A stretch of DNA of 64,000 nucleotides from Candidatus Enterousia sp. (GCA_045613925.1 JAZLBV010000007.1:11540-75539), one strand, 5' to 3'; positions 1 through 9,994 are shown, counted from the first letter of the stretch. Program-made: numbers and translations. The notes: a model not told the origin generated them from the sequence alone.

Positions 1-363
1 AACAGATATTTCGTGTCCGCGTTTTACAGGAAATTCTTGGTCAGCTGTTGGAATAATCGTATCAAAACATCCCATGCAATCACTGAAAAAAGAAAATTTT
101 CTTAACTTATTACTTCTGATGTTATAGATATCTGCGTATTCAACAGTGGCGATATCTGAATGTTCTGGTTTGTAATGATTGGTCAAAGGGTTTAAATCGC
201 AATCACAAAAAACACCGATATTCAGATTCTTTTCAGAATAAATATGATTTTGTTCTGTTTTGAATAAATTTACATCACCATCAACCAATATTAATGTGTA
301 TAAACAACCTGATTTTGTTGCAACAGGATCTTTGTCTGTGATAATCCATTTGTTATTTAACAT
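1..363 (-). CDS. hypothetical protein, 3'-truncated by the window edge
   Basis: My own translation of the minus strand gives an open frame from ATG 363 to the window edge (MLNNKWIITDKDPVATKSGCLYTLILVDGD...). It starts 4 nt after the tadA stop. It is absent from the ORF track, presumably because it is truncated. I recognise no motif. Confidence 0.4.
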   Translation of the reverse strand, partial: MLNNKWIITDKDPVATKSGCLYTLILVDGDVNLFKTEQNHIYSEKNLNIGVFCDCDLNPLTNHYKPEHSDIATVEYADIYNIRSNKLRKFSFFSDCMGCFDTIIPTADQEFPVKRGHEISV

Positions 364-367
364 AATT

Positions 368-817
368 TTACTCTTTTTTTCGGCGAAGCGCAAAAAATTC
401 ACGCAACATTTGTGCGGATTTATCTGCATATTCAGGCAGTTGAATTATATTAGGATGCCACAAGTGTTTGTCTGTTTCGAAAATTTTTGCATTTGATGTA
501 ATTCCGCCACCCTTTTCATCGGTTGCTGCAAAGTAAATATTTTTTATTCGTGCAAAGGATATAGCTGTGGCGCACATACTGCACGGTTCTAATGTTATAT
601 AAATATCGCAGTCGTCCAGAAATTTTGTTCTTAATTTTTTACAGGCGCGGTTTATCGCAACTATTTCGGCGTGCAATGTTGGGTTTTTTGATTTTTGCAC
701 TTTGTTTTCACCACGAGCTATGATTTTACCGTCGCGTACAATTACTGCGCCGATTGGAACATCATCGTGCGCAAAAGCTTTTTCAGCTAAAATAAATGCT
801 TGATTCATAAAATTCAT
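368..817 (-). CDS. tadA: tRNA-specific adenosine deaminase TadA
   Basis: CDA-fold zinc motifs 'HAEIVAI' and 'LEPCSMCATAI' are present. The ~150 aa size is typical of TadA. The start is uncertain: ATG 817 chosen, alternatives GTG 826 and ATG 808. Confidence 0.85.
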   Translation of the reverse strand: MNFMNQAFILAEKAFAHDDVPIGAVIVRDGKIIARGENKVQKSKNPTLHAEIVAINRACKKLRTKFLDDCDIYITLEPCSMCATAISFARIKNIYFAATDEKGGGITSNAKIFETDKHLWHPNIIQLPEYADKSAQMLREFFALRRKKE

Positions 818-876
818 AAGGTACACTTTATAACAAGGATTACAAATTGCAAATTATTTCTGGAGAGGTTTATTTT

Positions 877-1428
877 ATGAAAACAGATAATATTATTACC
901 AATGCTGATGTAGCTGATGCTAAGAAAATCGAATTCGCAGAGAAGATTATTTCAAATTTACAAAAAGAATTGTCAAAAGTTATAAAACAGGGATATGGCC
1001 CTTTTGGTGCTGCTGTGTACCGTGGTAATAAACTAATTGCAAAAAGTTTTAATACGGTTGTATCTGATGGGTGTAGTAATCATCATGCAGAAGTTAACGC
1101 TATTTGTGTTGCGCAACAAAAATTAAAGACATACGATTTATCGGATTCTAATTTGTCTTTATACATAACTGCAGAACCGTGTATTATGTGTGTCGGTGCG
1201 ATTATGTGGTCTGGGATTAGTAATGTTTTTTATAGTGTCCCGTCAAAAACGGTTGAAAAGTTGACTGGGTTTGACGAAGGGTTTAAACAAAATTGGCTTA
1301 AAGAATTTAAAAAACGTGGAATAAGTGTGTATGGCAATATTTGTACTGATGCGGGTGTCAAAGTTTTAAAACAGTACATGGATAACAAAAACATTGTTTA
1401 TGCGCCACGTCAACAAAAGAAAAAGTAG
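877..1428 (+). CDS. second CMP/dCMP-type zinc deaminase family protein (guanine/cytosine-deaminase-like)
   Basis: 'HHAEVNAI' and 'AEPCIMCVGAI' motifs are present. GGAGAGG lies 8 nt upstream of ATG 877. The gene is divergent from tadA. Confidence 0.75.
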   Translation: MKTDNIITNADVADAKKIEFAEKIISNLQKELSKVIKQGYGPFGAAVYRGNKLIAKSFNTVVSDGCSNHHAEVNAICVAQQKLKTYDLSDSNLSLYITAEPCIMCVGAIMWSGISNVFYSVPSKTVEKLTGFDEGFKQNWLKEFKKRGISVYGNICTDAGVKVLKQYMDNKNIVYAPRQQKKK

Positions 1429-1440
1429 CCAATATTTTAA

Positions 1441-1998
1441 ATGATTATGAATTCAAAATTGCAAATTATTTCTGGAAAATATCGCGGTAAAAAGTTAAAT
1501 TTGCCAACAGATGCGCGGCCTACACAAAATTTGGCACGTGGGGCGTTATTCAATATGTTGGAACAGTTAATTGATTTTTCGAAAAAAATTATTGTATGGG
1601 ATGTGTTTGCTGGCTCTGGTGCGATTGGATTAGAATTTTTATCGCGTTATGATAATGTAGATGTTGTTTTTACAGATAATGCATCTACGTCTATAAACAC
1701 AATAAAGAAGAATTTGGTATCTATAAAAGAAAGTGCAACAGTTGAAAAAAACGATGCAATTGTTGCAATTTCTCGGTTCGGTGGGGGGGCAGATGTTATT
1801 TTCATAGATGCACCCTATTCGGATTTTGATTTGGGTGCAAAATTTGTTAAAAAATTAACTCCGACTGCAAAAGGTGGCGCGATTTTAATCTGGGAATTTG
1901 AAAAAATTCAACAAACACCAGATTTAGATAAAAGTTGGGAAATATTAAAAGATAAAACCTATGGTCGTGCTAGATTTTTGATTTTGCAGAAAAAATAA
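1441..1998 (+). CDS. rsmD: 16S rRNA (guanine966-N2)-methyltransferase RsmD
   Basis: It has the SAM-binding motif 'DVFAGSGAIGLEFLSR' and the 'FIDAPY' (DPPY-like) motif. The 185 aa size fits. Confidence 0.8.
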   Translation: MIMNSKLQIISGKYRGKKLNLPTDARPTQNLARGALFNMLEQLIDFSKKIIVWDVFAGSGAIGLEFLSRYDNVDVVFTDNASTSINTIKKNLVSIKESATVEKNDAIVAISRFGGGADVIFIDAPYSDFDLGAKFVKKLTPTAKGGAILIWEFEKIQQTPDLDKSWEILKDKTYGRARFLILQKK

Positions 1999-2100
1999 GA
2001 AAATACTTGCTTTTTCAGGATTTTTAGTAAATAATGTGGCCTGCACGACACCCTTGGAGGTCGCGCAAAACAATGAATTGTTATAACAAAGGATTAAAAA

Positions 2101-2718
2101 ATGGCAATTAAATTAAACGCTGAGATTCGCAAAGTTGCTGGCAAGGGGGCCGCACGCGCAGTTCGCAATAGCAAAAATATCCCTGCAGTGATTTATGGCG
2201 AAAAGAAAGAACCTGTCGCGATTGAATTAAATGGTCGTGATTTTGAAATGTTGTTGGGAAGACCTTCGTTGCGAACAAAATTATTTGAAATTACCGCAAA
2301 CGGAACCAAAGAAGATGCTATGTTGATGGATATTCAATATCATCCTGTGTCTGACAAGGTTATTCACGTCGATTTTAAACGTATTGATGTTAAAAAGCCT
2401 GTGCATGTTGTTGTTCCAGTAGAAGTTATCAATGCTGATATTTCTAAGGGTATTAAATTAGGCGGTGTGTTGAATTTCGCCGTACGTAAGGTTGCTTTGG
2501 TTGGTTTGGTTGATGATATGCCTGAAAAAATCACGATTGATTTGGCGAATGCTACGATTGGCGATTCAATCCACGGAACTGATTTGGTTTTGCCAAAGGG
2601 TATTACTTTGGGATTGCATATGGCAGAATTGGCGTTTGCAACAATTGGTGGTAAAATGCCAGAAGAAGCAGATAACAAAGCGCAGGCTGCGGCCGCTGCT
2701 GCATCAGCAAAGAAATAA
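2101..2718 (+). CDS. rplY: 50S ribosomal protein L25/general stress protein Ctc
   Basis: It has an N-terminal L25 fold ('IPAVIYGEKKEPVAIEL') plus a Ctc-type C-terminal domain and an Ala/Lys tail. Confidence 0.9.
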   Translation: MAIKLNAEIRKVAGKGAARAVRNSKNIPAVIYGEKKEPVAIELNGRDFEMLLGRPSLRTKLFEITANGTKEDAMLMDIQYHPVSDKVIHVDFKRIDVKKPVHVVVPVEVINADISKGIKLGGVLNFAVRKVALVGLVDDMPEKITIDLANATIGDSIHGTDLVLPKGITLGLHMAELAFATIGGKMPEEADNKAQAAAAAASAKK

Positions 2719-2741
2719 TTTTCTTTGTGAAAAATTTATTA

Positions 2742-2767
2742 AACCGTCCGTTTGGGCGGTTTTTTTG
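2742..2767 (+). terminator. intrinsic terminator after rplY
   Basis: Hairpin ccgtcc-gttt-gggcgg followed by a T-run. Confidence 0.6.
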
Positions 2768-2880
2768 TTTTCTTGTTATGTAAGAATAAAAACCATAATA
2801 ATTTTATAAATAACCACTTGAAATCAATTTGTTGTTAACTATATCAACGATAAGCAAGAACTTTTAAGGAGTAAAAACAA

Positions 2881-4773
2881 ATGTCAAAAGTATTAGGTAT
2901 CGATTTAGGTACAACAAATTCCGCTATGGCTTTTATGGATGGAAACGATCCAAAAATCATTGAAAATTCAGAGGGACAACGCACAACGCCATCTGTTGTT
3001 GCGTTGACAAGTAATGGAGAGCAACTGGTTGGTATTACCGCAAAGAATCAGGCGGTGACCAATCCTGAAAACACTATTTATGAAATTAAACGTTTGATGG
3101 GATTGCGCTATGATAGTGATGCTGTTAAAGAAATCCAAAAACGTGTTCCGTATAAAATTGTTGCAGGGGATAATGGTGATGCGTGGGTTGAAATGGAAGG
3201 TAAAAAATACGCGCCATCTCAGATTTCTGCTATGATTTTGTCTAAATTGAAAAAAGATGCAGAAAGTTATTTGGGCGAGACCATTACCGATGCAGTTATT
3301 ACTGTGCCTGCGTATTTTAATGATTCTCAGCGTCAGGCAACCAAAGACGCCGGTCGTATTGCAGGTTTGAACGTTTTGCGTATTGTTAATGAACCAACAG
3401 CTGCCGCGTTGGCGTATGGTTTGGATAAGGACAAAGATGGCACTATCGCAGTTTATGACTTGGGTGGTGGAACGTTCGATGTGTCCATATTGGAAATTGT
3501 TGATGGTGTATTCGAAGTTAAATCTACGAATGGTGATACTGCATTGGGTGGATCTGATTTCGATGCGCGTGTTTTGAAATATTTAATTGATGAATTTAAG
3601 GCACAAACTGGTATAGATTTGTCCAATGATAAATTGGCTTTGCAAAGATTGAAAGAAGCTGCTGAAAAAGCAAAAATTGAATTGTCTTCAAAGACAACAA
3701 CGGAAATCAATTTGCCTTTCTTGACCGCAGATGCAACAGGTCCAAAACATTTCAATACAACATTAACACGTGCAAAATTGGAATCTTTGGTGGCTGATTT
3801 AATTGAAAAAACAATTGAACCTTGTAAAAAGGCTTTGAAAGATGCGGGGTTGACAATATCACAGATTAACGAAGTTATCTTGGTTGGTGGTCAAACACGT
3901 ATGCCAAAGGTTGCAGAAACCGTTAAAGAATTCTTTGGTCGTGAACCGCACAAGGGTGTAAATCCTGATGAAGTGGTCGCACTTGGTGCTGCGATTCAAG
4001 GTGGTGTTTTAAAAGGTGATGTCAAAGATGTTTTGTTGTTGGATGTGACACCTTTGTCTTTGGGTATTGAAACATTGGGCGGAGTGTTTACCCGTTTGAT
4101 TGACAGAAATACAACAATTCCAACCAAGAAGTCACAAATTTTCAGTACTGCCGAAGATAATCAATCGGCTGTGACAATTCGTGTATTCCAGGGTGAACGC
4201 GATATGGCTGCAGATAACAAATTATTGGGTCAGTTTAATTTAGAAGGTATTGCACCTGCCCCACGTGGTATGCCACAAATCGAAGTATCTTTTGATATAG
4301 ACGCGAATGGTATCGTTCACGTTTCTGCAAAAGATAAAGGTACAGGCAAAGAACAGGCGATTTCTATTAAATCTGATGGTGGGTTGTCCGAAGATGAAAT
4401 CAAACGTATGGTTGATGAAGCCGCTGCGAACGCCGAATCTGATAAAAAGAAAAAAGAATTAGCCGAAGCGAAAAATACTGCGGAAACCGCGATATTCAGC
4501 GTTGAAAAATCACTGAAAGAACACGGTGATAAAATTGCAGCAGAAGAACGCGAAGCCATTGAAAACGCCAAAAAAGAATTGGCTGATGAATTGGCAAAAG
4601 CCGAAGCAACCGCGGAATCTTTGAAAGCGAAGACAGATGCTTTGTCTGAAAAGGCGATGAAATTGGGTGAAGCTGTTTACAAAGCAGCCCAAGAAGCGCA
4701 AAAACAAGAAAGTGAAAACAAATCTGAATCTGGTGATAATAAAACCACAGATGCAGATTTTTCGGAAAAATAA
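2881..4773 (+). CDS. dnaK: molecular chaperone DnaK (Hsp70)
   Basis: 'GIDLGTTNS', 'DLGGGTFD' and '[11 protein letters not shown]' motifs are present. The protein is 630 aa. AAGGAG lies upstream of the start. Confidence 0.98.
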   Translation: MSKVLGIDLGTTNSAMAFMDGNDPKIIENSEGQRTTPSVVALTSNGEQLVGITAKNQAVTNPENTIYEIKRLMGLRYDSDAVKEIQKRVPYKIVAGDNGDAWVEMEGKKYAPSQISAMILSKLKKDAESYLGETITDAVITVPAYFNDSQRQATKDAGRIAGLNVLRIVNEPTAAALAYGLDKDKDGTIAVYDLGGGTFDVSILEIVDGVFEVKSTNGDTALGGSDFDARVLKYLIDEFKAQTGIDLSNDKLALQRLKEAAEKAKIELSSKTTTEINLPFLTADATGPKHFNTTLTRAKLESLVADLIEKTIEPCKKALKDAGLTISQINEVILVGGQTRMPKVAETVKEFFGREPHKGVNPDEVVALGAAIQGGVLKGDVKDVLLLDVTPLSLGIETLGGVFTRLIDRNTTIPTKKSQIFSTAEDNQSAVTIRVFQGERDMAADNKLLGQFNLEGIAPAPRGMPQIEVSFDIDANGIVHVSAKDKGTGKEQAISIKSDGGLSEDEIKRMVDEAAANAESDKKKKELAEAKNTAETAIFSVEKSLKEHGDKIAAEEREAIENAKKELADELAKAEATAESLKAKTDALSEKAMKLGEAVYKAAQEAQKQESENKSESGDNKTTDADFSEK

Positions 4774-4790
4774 ATCTTTTTCCTCCTAAG

Positions 4791-4818
4791 AAAAACCGGG
4801 CGTTTGCCCGGTTTTTTT
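4791..4818. terminator. bidirectional intrinsic terminator between convergent dnaK and pfkA
   Basis: A-run, hairpin ccgggc-gttt-gcccgg, then a T-run. Confidence 0.7.
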
Positions 4819-4826
4819 AGTTTATA

Positions 4827-5915
4827 TTATTTTTTCATTTCGCCGATATAAATCCCCATATCTGCGGCAATACGTAAAAGTGGATTATCGGGTTCTACGT
4901 ATGCATTTGATGTCATTGCACCCAAAATTTTTGGGTCTTTTTCTGGGGTGCCAGATTTAAAGAATTCGTCCAATGAAATGGTTTTGTATTCGCCGTTTTC
5001 AAACGCAGTCATTACAAATGTTTCTTTGTTATCTATGGCACGAAATGCGCAATCTACAAATCCAGCCGCCAATATTCTGTCTGATGCCAATGTGTCACCC
5101 GCCCTTTGAATATGTTCTGGAAACGCAGTTCGATTTGCTATGCCCGCTGCAGTTAATTTACGTGAAACCATATCTGCCGGTTTGCCAGAATGTCCACGAA
5201 TAGATATGCCTTCTGACACCATAATGATACCATAATCGCGTTTTGATTGTTTAATATGTTTAACCAATTTATCAATATCAAATTTTATTTCAGGTATTAA
5301 TATTGCGTCTGCAGCAATTGCAACCCCGGCGTGAAGTGCCAATTGACCACATTCGCGTCCCATAGTTTGAACGACAAACCAACGATGATGGCTGCGTGCA
5401 GTTAATAATAATTGGTCGCAATATGCGGTTGTTTGTTGGACTGCAGTATCAAAACCTATGGTTTTTTCTGTTTTTGGAACGTCCATATCCACTGTTTTTG
5501 GTATGCAGATTAAAGAAACATCCCTGTATATTTCTGGATAGAGGTATGCCAAAGATAAACTGCCGTTGCCGCCAATTAAAATCATTGCGTCCAGATTCAA
5601 TTCGTGCAAAGATTTTTGCAGTTTTTTATTAAAAGATGCCAATTTCCCGGCGCGTGCAGATGATTCAAAATTAGTATTTCCTGCATTTCCATTTGATAAA
5701 ATACTGCCAGCCAGATGGCTGTTTGCAAATTGGAAAGCTTCGTATGTTAAATTTACGGTTTTTGCAGGTATTGAATACAATCCGTCTGTGCCATCTTTGA
5801 TTCCCACAGCAGTCCATTTACGACGAACACAACCGTCAACAATACGTTGAATAACTGTGTTTAATCCAGAACAATCGCCACCTGTTGTCATAATACCTAT
5901 TCTTTTTGATACCAA
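4827..5915 (-). CDS. pfkA: 6-phosphofructokinase (ATP- or PPi-dependent not resolved)
   Basis: 'IGIMTTGGDCSGLN', 'IGGNGS' and 'MGRECG' motifs are present. It has a TTG start with GGAGA 5 nt upstream. Confidence 0.85.
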   Translation of the reverse strand: MVSKRIGIMTTGGDCSGLNTVIQRIVDGCVRRKWTAVGIKDGTDGLYSIPAKTVNLTYEAFQFANSHLAGSILSNGNAGNTNFESSARAGKLASFNKKLQKSLHELNLDAMILIGGNGSLSLAYLYPEIYRDVSLICIPKTVDMDVPKTEKTIGFDTAVQQTTAYCDQLLLTARSHHRWFVVQTMGRECGQLALHAGVAIAADAILIPEIKFDIDKLVKHIKQSKRDYGIIMVSEGISIRGHSGKPADMVSRKLTAAGIANRTAFPEHIQRAGDTLASDRILAAGFVDCAFRAIDNKETFVMTAFENGEYKTISLDEFFKSGTPEKDPKILGAMTSNAYVEPDNPLLRIAADMGIYIGEMKK

Positions 5916-6022
5916 TTTAATCTCCTGTTTTTATGATTATTTATGATTATATCATAAACGGCTTGACAAATAAATAAAATTTGCAATAATTTTTGTCAAA
6001 ACAGATAGTTAAGGATTCACAA

Positions 6023-7177
6023 ATGGCAACATTAAATACTATGACAAAGACAAAACGTTCCACAGATGAAATTATCAATGACGCAATAGACAGACAACAA
6101 TCGTGGCTTAATAACCGCAGAAATTTTACACGCAATTTTTTGCGTCGTTTTAATGTATTTCATACAGAAGAAGTTGAAGTAGAAAATCACACTGGCGCCC
6201 AAGAAAACCGCGACGAAAATAAATCTGTGTGGCGTGCATATTGGTTCCCGATAATGTGTGCTTTGATTGTTATTTTAATAGCGTTGGTTGTTGCGTTTGT
6301 AAAAATTAACACACCTGTCAAAGTTGTTGTGCCAAAGGTTCCAGAACCAATTATCAAACCGATAAATATCGCTAAAACAACTAAGCGTACTGTGAACGTT
6401 CCAAGTTTTGATTTGGTGCGCATTGAAGAATCAGGTCGTATAGTTATTGCAGGTCGTACGACATCTGAATCAAATGTCAGTATTGTTATAAACAAAAAAT
6501 TGGTTGCCACTGAACATACTAATGCAGATGGCGAATTTGTTTATTCCCCGGTGGCTGTGTTAAAACCTGGCAATTACGAAGTGTCTTTGATAGATGTTGA
6601 TAATGATAAAAAATCAGCAGACAAAGTGTTTTTATATATTTCTGAACGCGGATATAAAAATTCTGTATCATTATTGATGACACAAAACGGCAGCAAGATT
6701 ATGCAAGCTCCGGAATTGCTTAACGGTGATTTGATTGTTTCAAAAATAGATTATTTAAATTCTGGGCGTCTTGTTATAACTGGCAAAGCGTTGCCCAGAT
6801 TGCGTGTTTCGTTAACACTTAATGACAAATATTTGGGTTTTGCACGTGTTTCAGATTATAAAAATTTTGGTCTGGGTGCAGATGTTGGTCAATTAAAACC
6901 GGGCGAAAAATACAAAATAAACATTCGCCTGCACGATGGCGAAGGCAACACCATAGCCAACGTGGAACATAAATTTGTTATGCCAGAAATGACCGGTGAT
7001 GATGATACTTTCTATACTGTTCGTCGTGGCGATTGTTTATGGATTATTGCGCGTAATTTCTTACGCAAAGGTATTTTATTTTCTATTATCGCAGAACGTA
7101 ATAATATCAAAAATCCTGATTTAATTTTTCCAGAACAATTGTTAAAAATACCTGTGGAAAAACAACCAAGGAAATAA
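6023..7177 (+). CDS. membrane-anchored LysM domain protein
   Basis: It has one TM helix ('YWFPIMCALIVILIALVVAFV') and a C-terminal LysM ('YTVRRGDCLWIIARNF...IFPEQLLKIP'). The start at ATG 6023 is preceded by TAAGGA. Confidence 0.7.
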   Translation: MATLNTMTKTKRSTDEIINDAIDRQQSWLNNRRNFTRNFLRRFNVFHTEEVEVENHTGAQENRDENKSVWRAYWFPIMCALIVILIALVVAFVKINTPVKVVVPKVPEPIIKPINIAKTTKRTVNVPSFDLVRIEESGRIVIAGRTTSESNVSIVINKKLVATEHTNADGEFVYSPVAVLKPGNYEVSLIDVDNDKKSADKVFLYISERGYKNSVSLLMTQNGSKIMQAPELLNGDLIVSKIDYLNSGRLVITGKALPRLRVSLTLNDKYLGFARVSDYKNFGLGADVGQLKPGEKYKINIRLHDGEGNTIANVEHKFVMPEMTGDDDTFYTVRRGDCLWIIARNFLRKGILFSIIAERNNIKNPDLIFPEQLLKIPVEKQPRK

Positions 7178-7180
7178 AAT

Positions 7181-7450
7181 ATGAATGAATCCAGACATAG
7201 AGACATATTGAATATTTCTGGTAAACCTGAAAATTCTTTGGAACAGGATTGGAATAATTTGTTGGCACGTTTACAAACACTGGACCAACGCGTCAGACCT
7301 TTTTATCGCAAAGATATTCTTGACGAGATTATCAGACTTAGTAAAGTGTTATGTCGTAATAAGCCAAATAAGAAAGTATACAGTTCTGTTCTGAAAAAGA
7401 TTCAAAATTTAGAAAATATTGTTCGCGACCTTGGTGGACGTGCTAGATAA
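7181..7450 (+). CDS. hypothetical protein (89 aa)
   Basis: The ORF starts 4 nt after the LysM gene stop. I recognise no motif. Confidence 0.45.
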   Translation: MNESRHRDILNISGKPENSLEQDWNNLLARLQTLDQRVRPFYRKDILDEIIRLSKVLCRNKPNKKVYSSVLKKIQNLENIVRDLGGRAR

Positions 7451-7663
7451 GAATTTCGTTATGGCAAACACAAAATATACAAATGATAATACACGTGGCA
7501 TATGTTATATGCATTCTATGCGGTTTAATTATTTGGCAAAAATTGGTATGAAACGCGCCTTGAATCAAATTCGTCTTTTGCAAAAGAAAGATTGCGAAAA
7601 AGAGATTTAATTTTTTAACTGGACTTTTTCTGAATAAGAATATATTATGTCCGTATTCTTTTT

Positions 7664-7737
7664 GCGGGTGTGGTATAATGGTAGCACGAAAGCTTCCCAA
7701 GCTTTAGACGAGGGTTCGATTCCCTTCGCCCGCACCA
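7664..7737 (+). tRNA. tRNA-Gly (anticodon CCC)
   Basis: Cloverleaf read by eye. Acceptor GCGGGTG/CGCCCGC, anticodon stem AAAGC/GCTTT with loop TTCCCAA, T-loop GGTTCGATTCC, encoded CCA. Confidence 0.9.
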
Positions 7738-7757
7738 CCAGTTTTTGCCAAAGCAAA

Positions 7758-8288
7758 TCATTTGTAAATGTTCCATAAATATTGGAATCTGTTTGAATAT
7801 TCTTGGTGTGGTTGCTTAAAAAACAGACAATTTTCACTGTTGTTTACACTGGCATTTGTTGTCCAATTATATGACCCAGATACAACAATATCATCATCAA
7901 ATACTGCAAATTTATTATGTTCAATTTTGTGCTTTTTATTTGTTAAAATGGGAATACCTGCTTTTTTAAGGTCTGCCACTAACGATTTTTTACCTTTTGC
8001 CTGGGTTTTGTCTGTAATAAGTCTTATATCTGCACCACGATTATACGCGCCAATTATGGCATTTGTAATTTTTGGGTTAGTAATCGAATAAACAGCAATA
8101 TCTATTTTATCGGATTCATTTATTCTTTGGATGATATTATTTTCGCAATCTGGTCCCGGGGTAAAAAATATTTCAATATCATTATTTTTAACAGTGGGCG
8201 TTTCAATTGGGGGTATTTTTGTAGAAACACAGGCTGATAAAGCCAACACAGATATATTTAAAAGAAAAAAATTGACCGTTTTACCCAT
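7758..8288 (-). CDS. secreted phospholipase D-family endonuclease (Nuc-like, single HKD)
   Basis: The HKD motif 'HNKFAVFDDDIVVSGSYNWT' and an N-terminal signal peptide are present. I prefer ATG 8288 over the track's GTG 8300, which lies inside the upstream terminator stem. Confidence 0.8.
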   Translation of the reverse strand: MGKTVNFFLLNISVLALSACVSTKIPPIETPTVKNNDIEIFFTPGPDCENNIIQRINESDKIDIAVYSITNPKITNAIIGAYNRGADIRLITDKTQAKGKKSLVADLKKAGIPILTNKKHKIEHNKFAVFDDDIVVSGSYNWTTNASVNNSENCLFFKQPHQEYSNRFQYLWNIYK

Positions 8289-8474
8289 AAAAAAGACCAC
8301 TTTTTAAAGGTGGTCGGGAGTTAGACAGTTCACGTAGAAACCCCATTGCTTTTGGTAAAACCTTATCACAACAGCATCCCGACCAACAGTCGGGATATAA
8401 CTATCGCTAAACTACGCGGGGTGTCTAAGCCCGTTCACGCTTGTTATATCACAAGATTCTTTTTCAGAATCTTG
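8289..8474 (-). promoter_or_regulatory. structured 5' leader with intrinsic terminator (riboswitch/attenuator-like), copy A
   Basis: Minus-strand hairpins caagattct/agaatcttg, gatataac/gttatatc and tcccgac/gtcggga are followed by ...ctaactcccgacc. This runs into the terminator gaccac-ctttaaaaa-gtggtc plus T6, directly before the start codon. The 3' ~100 nt is homologous to 46915-47025. Confidence 0.4.
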
Positions 8475-8479
8475 AACAT

Positions 8480-8509
8480 ATTATATACCATAACCCACCA
8501 ATATTTCAA
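8480..8509 (-). promoter_or_regulatory. putative sigma70 promoter for leader A and the PLD nuclease gene
   Basis: On the minus strand: TTGAAA, a 16-18 nt spacer, then TATATAAT. Confidence 0.4.
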
Positions 8510-8771
8510 GTAAAGTTGCAAAAATGTTTTATTTTGCCCGAAAACACTATATTTTGTAAAACATATGTTAAATTGTGATTGTATAAATTATTTGACTTTT
8601 GGGATTTTTTAATCCATAATTTGTGGGCAAATCCAAAGATTGCTATTATTGAAAATCCTGTGCACTGTGGTGCAAGGAACATCAACCGGCGAGTTTTCGC
8701 TCTTGATGACGGTTTTCGTGTATGGTTTTTTGGATTAACAAGATAACAGAAAAATAAAAGGATAAATAAAA

Positions 8772-9236
8772 ATGGCAACAGTTATTAGATTGGCACGTTA
8801 TGGTGCAAAAAAACGCCCTTATTATCACGTTGTTGTAACAGATTCCAGAAACGCACGTAATTCTGGTAACGTTTTGGAAACAGTGGGTAAATATAATCCA
8901 ATGTTGGCAAAAAATGACGAAAAACGCGTTATTTTAGATGTGGAAAAAATCAAAGCTTGGATGGCAAAAGGTGCAAAACCATCAGACCGTGTTTATAAAT
9001 TCTTGGCAAATATAGGTGTTGTTGCTGCTAAGCCTGTTCCAAATCAGACTAAGAAAAATCAGCCATCTGAAAAAACACAGATGAAAGCAAAAGATAAAGC
9101 GGAAAAATTGGCAAAAATAGCCGAAGAAAAAGCTAATGCAGAAGCTGCCGCTAAGGCCGCAGCAGAAGCACCAGTCGAAGCACCTGCAACGGAAGAAGTT
9201 GTTGCTGAAGCACCAGCCGAAGAACAAGCTGCTTAA
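8772..9236 (+). CDS. rpsP: 30S ribosomal protein S16 with Ala/Glu/Lys-rich C-terminal extension
   Basis: '[32 protein letters not shown]' is present. It is the first gene of the rpsP-rimM-trmD-rplS operon. Confidence 0.95.
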   Translation: MATVIRLARYGAKKRPYYHVVVTDSRNARNSGNVLETVGKYNPMLAKNDEKRVILDVEKIKAWMAKGAKPSDRVYKFLANIGVVAAKPVPNQTKKNQPSEKTQMKAKDKAEKLAKIAEEKANAEAAAKAAAEAPVEAPATEEVVAEAPAEEQAA

Positions 9237-9515
9237 ATGAATAAACGGGTTTATGTTTCTGATTTAAACGATATTGTATGGCACCCAAAACAGAAATATA
9301 CCTATTTGCAATACAGAAAAGCGTTAGATGACGTTTTTGATGAACTGTATTTCAAAAGTGCGAAAAAGCGTTTTAGGTTGGTTGGGTCATACAGAATGAA
9401 TCTTAGGCATATAGTTTTATATGCCATAGATAATGATATTGACGAAATCGAACATATAAAAAGCCTGAAAGATATATTGGGACAGGACCAGGATTGTTTT
9501 GTTTTGACAAGATGA
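9237..9515 (+). CDS. hypothetical protein (92 aa) inserted between rpsP and rimM
   Basis: It starts immediately after the rpsP stop. Its stop overlaps the rimM start (ATGA). No recognisable motif. Confidence 0.5.
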   Translation: MNKRVYVSDLNDIVWHPKQKYTYLQYRKALDDVFDELYFKSAKKRFRLVGSYRMNLRHIVLYAIDNDIDEIEHIKSLKDILGQDQDCFVLTR

Positions 9516-9979
9516 AAAAAGATAGGCAGATTTTAATCGGAAAAATCGTTGCGCCCCAGGGTATTCGGGGTGAATTTCGTATTCAGACTTTTACTGCAAA
9601 TCCGTCTGATTTAAAAAGTTTGGCGGTTTTTAGCGATAAATTTGAATCTGATAAATTTCATTTTGTGCGCCCTGTTCCCAATACTAATGTTGTTATTGGT
9701 CGAATTGATGGCATAACTGACAGAAACACTGCGGAAACTTTGCGTGGAACAGAATTGTTTATATCGCGTGATGATTTGCCGGATTTAAAAAATGAAAGTG
9801 AATATTATCAATCTGATTTAATTGGAATGGATGTTGTTCGTGATGGTGTAAATGTTGGCAAAGTGGCCTGTTTTCAAAACTTTGGTGCCGGCGACATAAT
9901 TGAATTAAACAATGGTGATTTGATTTCTTTTCGTGGCGCAGACGTTGATTTCGAAAAACAGATTATTTATGTAAGATAA
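9512..9979 (+). CDS. rimM: ribosome maturation factor RimM
   Basis: 'IGKIVAPQGIRGEFRI' (the N-terminal RimM motif), a PRC-barrel-like C-terminus and operon position support the call. Confidence 0.85.
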   Translation: MKKDRQILIGKIVAPQGIRGEFRIQTFTANPSDLKSLAVFSDKFESDKFHFVRPVPNTNVVIGRIDGITDRNTAETLRGTELFISRDDLPDLKNESEYYQSDLIGMDVVRDGVNVGKVACFQNFGAGDIIELNNGDLISFRGADVDFEKQIIYVR

Positions 9980-9994
9980 TTAAAAGGAGCAATA

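Noticed and set aside
260-496. 78-aa plus-strand ORF.
   Set aside because: It overlaps both tadA and the minus-strand edge ORF. It has no RBS and a hydrophobic low-complexity translation typical of antisense frames in AT-rich DNA.
8289-8474. Possible RNase P, SRP or 6S RNA in the structured intergenic region.
   Set aside because: I could not find the RNase P CR-I 'GGAAAGTCC' or CR-V 'ACAGAA.CCGGCTTA' blocks, nor the SRP domain-IV 'GGAA...AGCA' motif. The element ends in a terminator abutting a start codon.
8506-8778. 90-aa minus-strand ORF upstream of rpsP.
   Set aside because: It overlaps the rpsP start and promoter region and the leader-A promoter. The translation is low-complexity, and there is no RBS.
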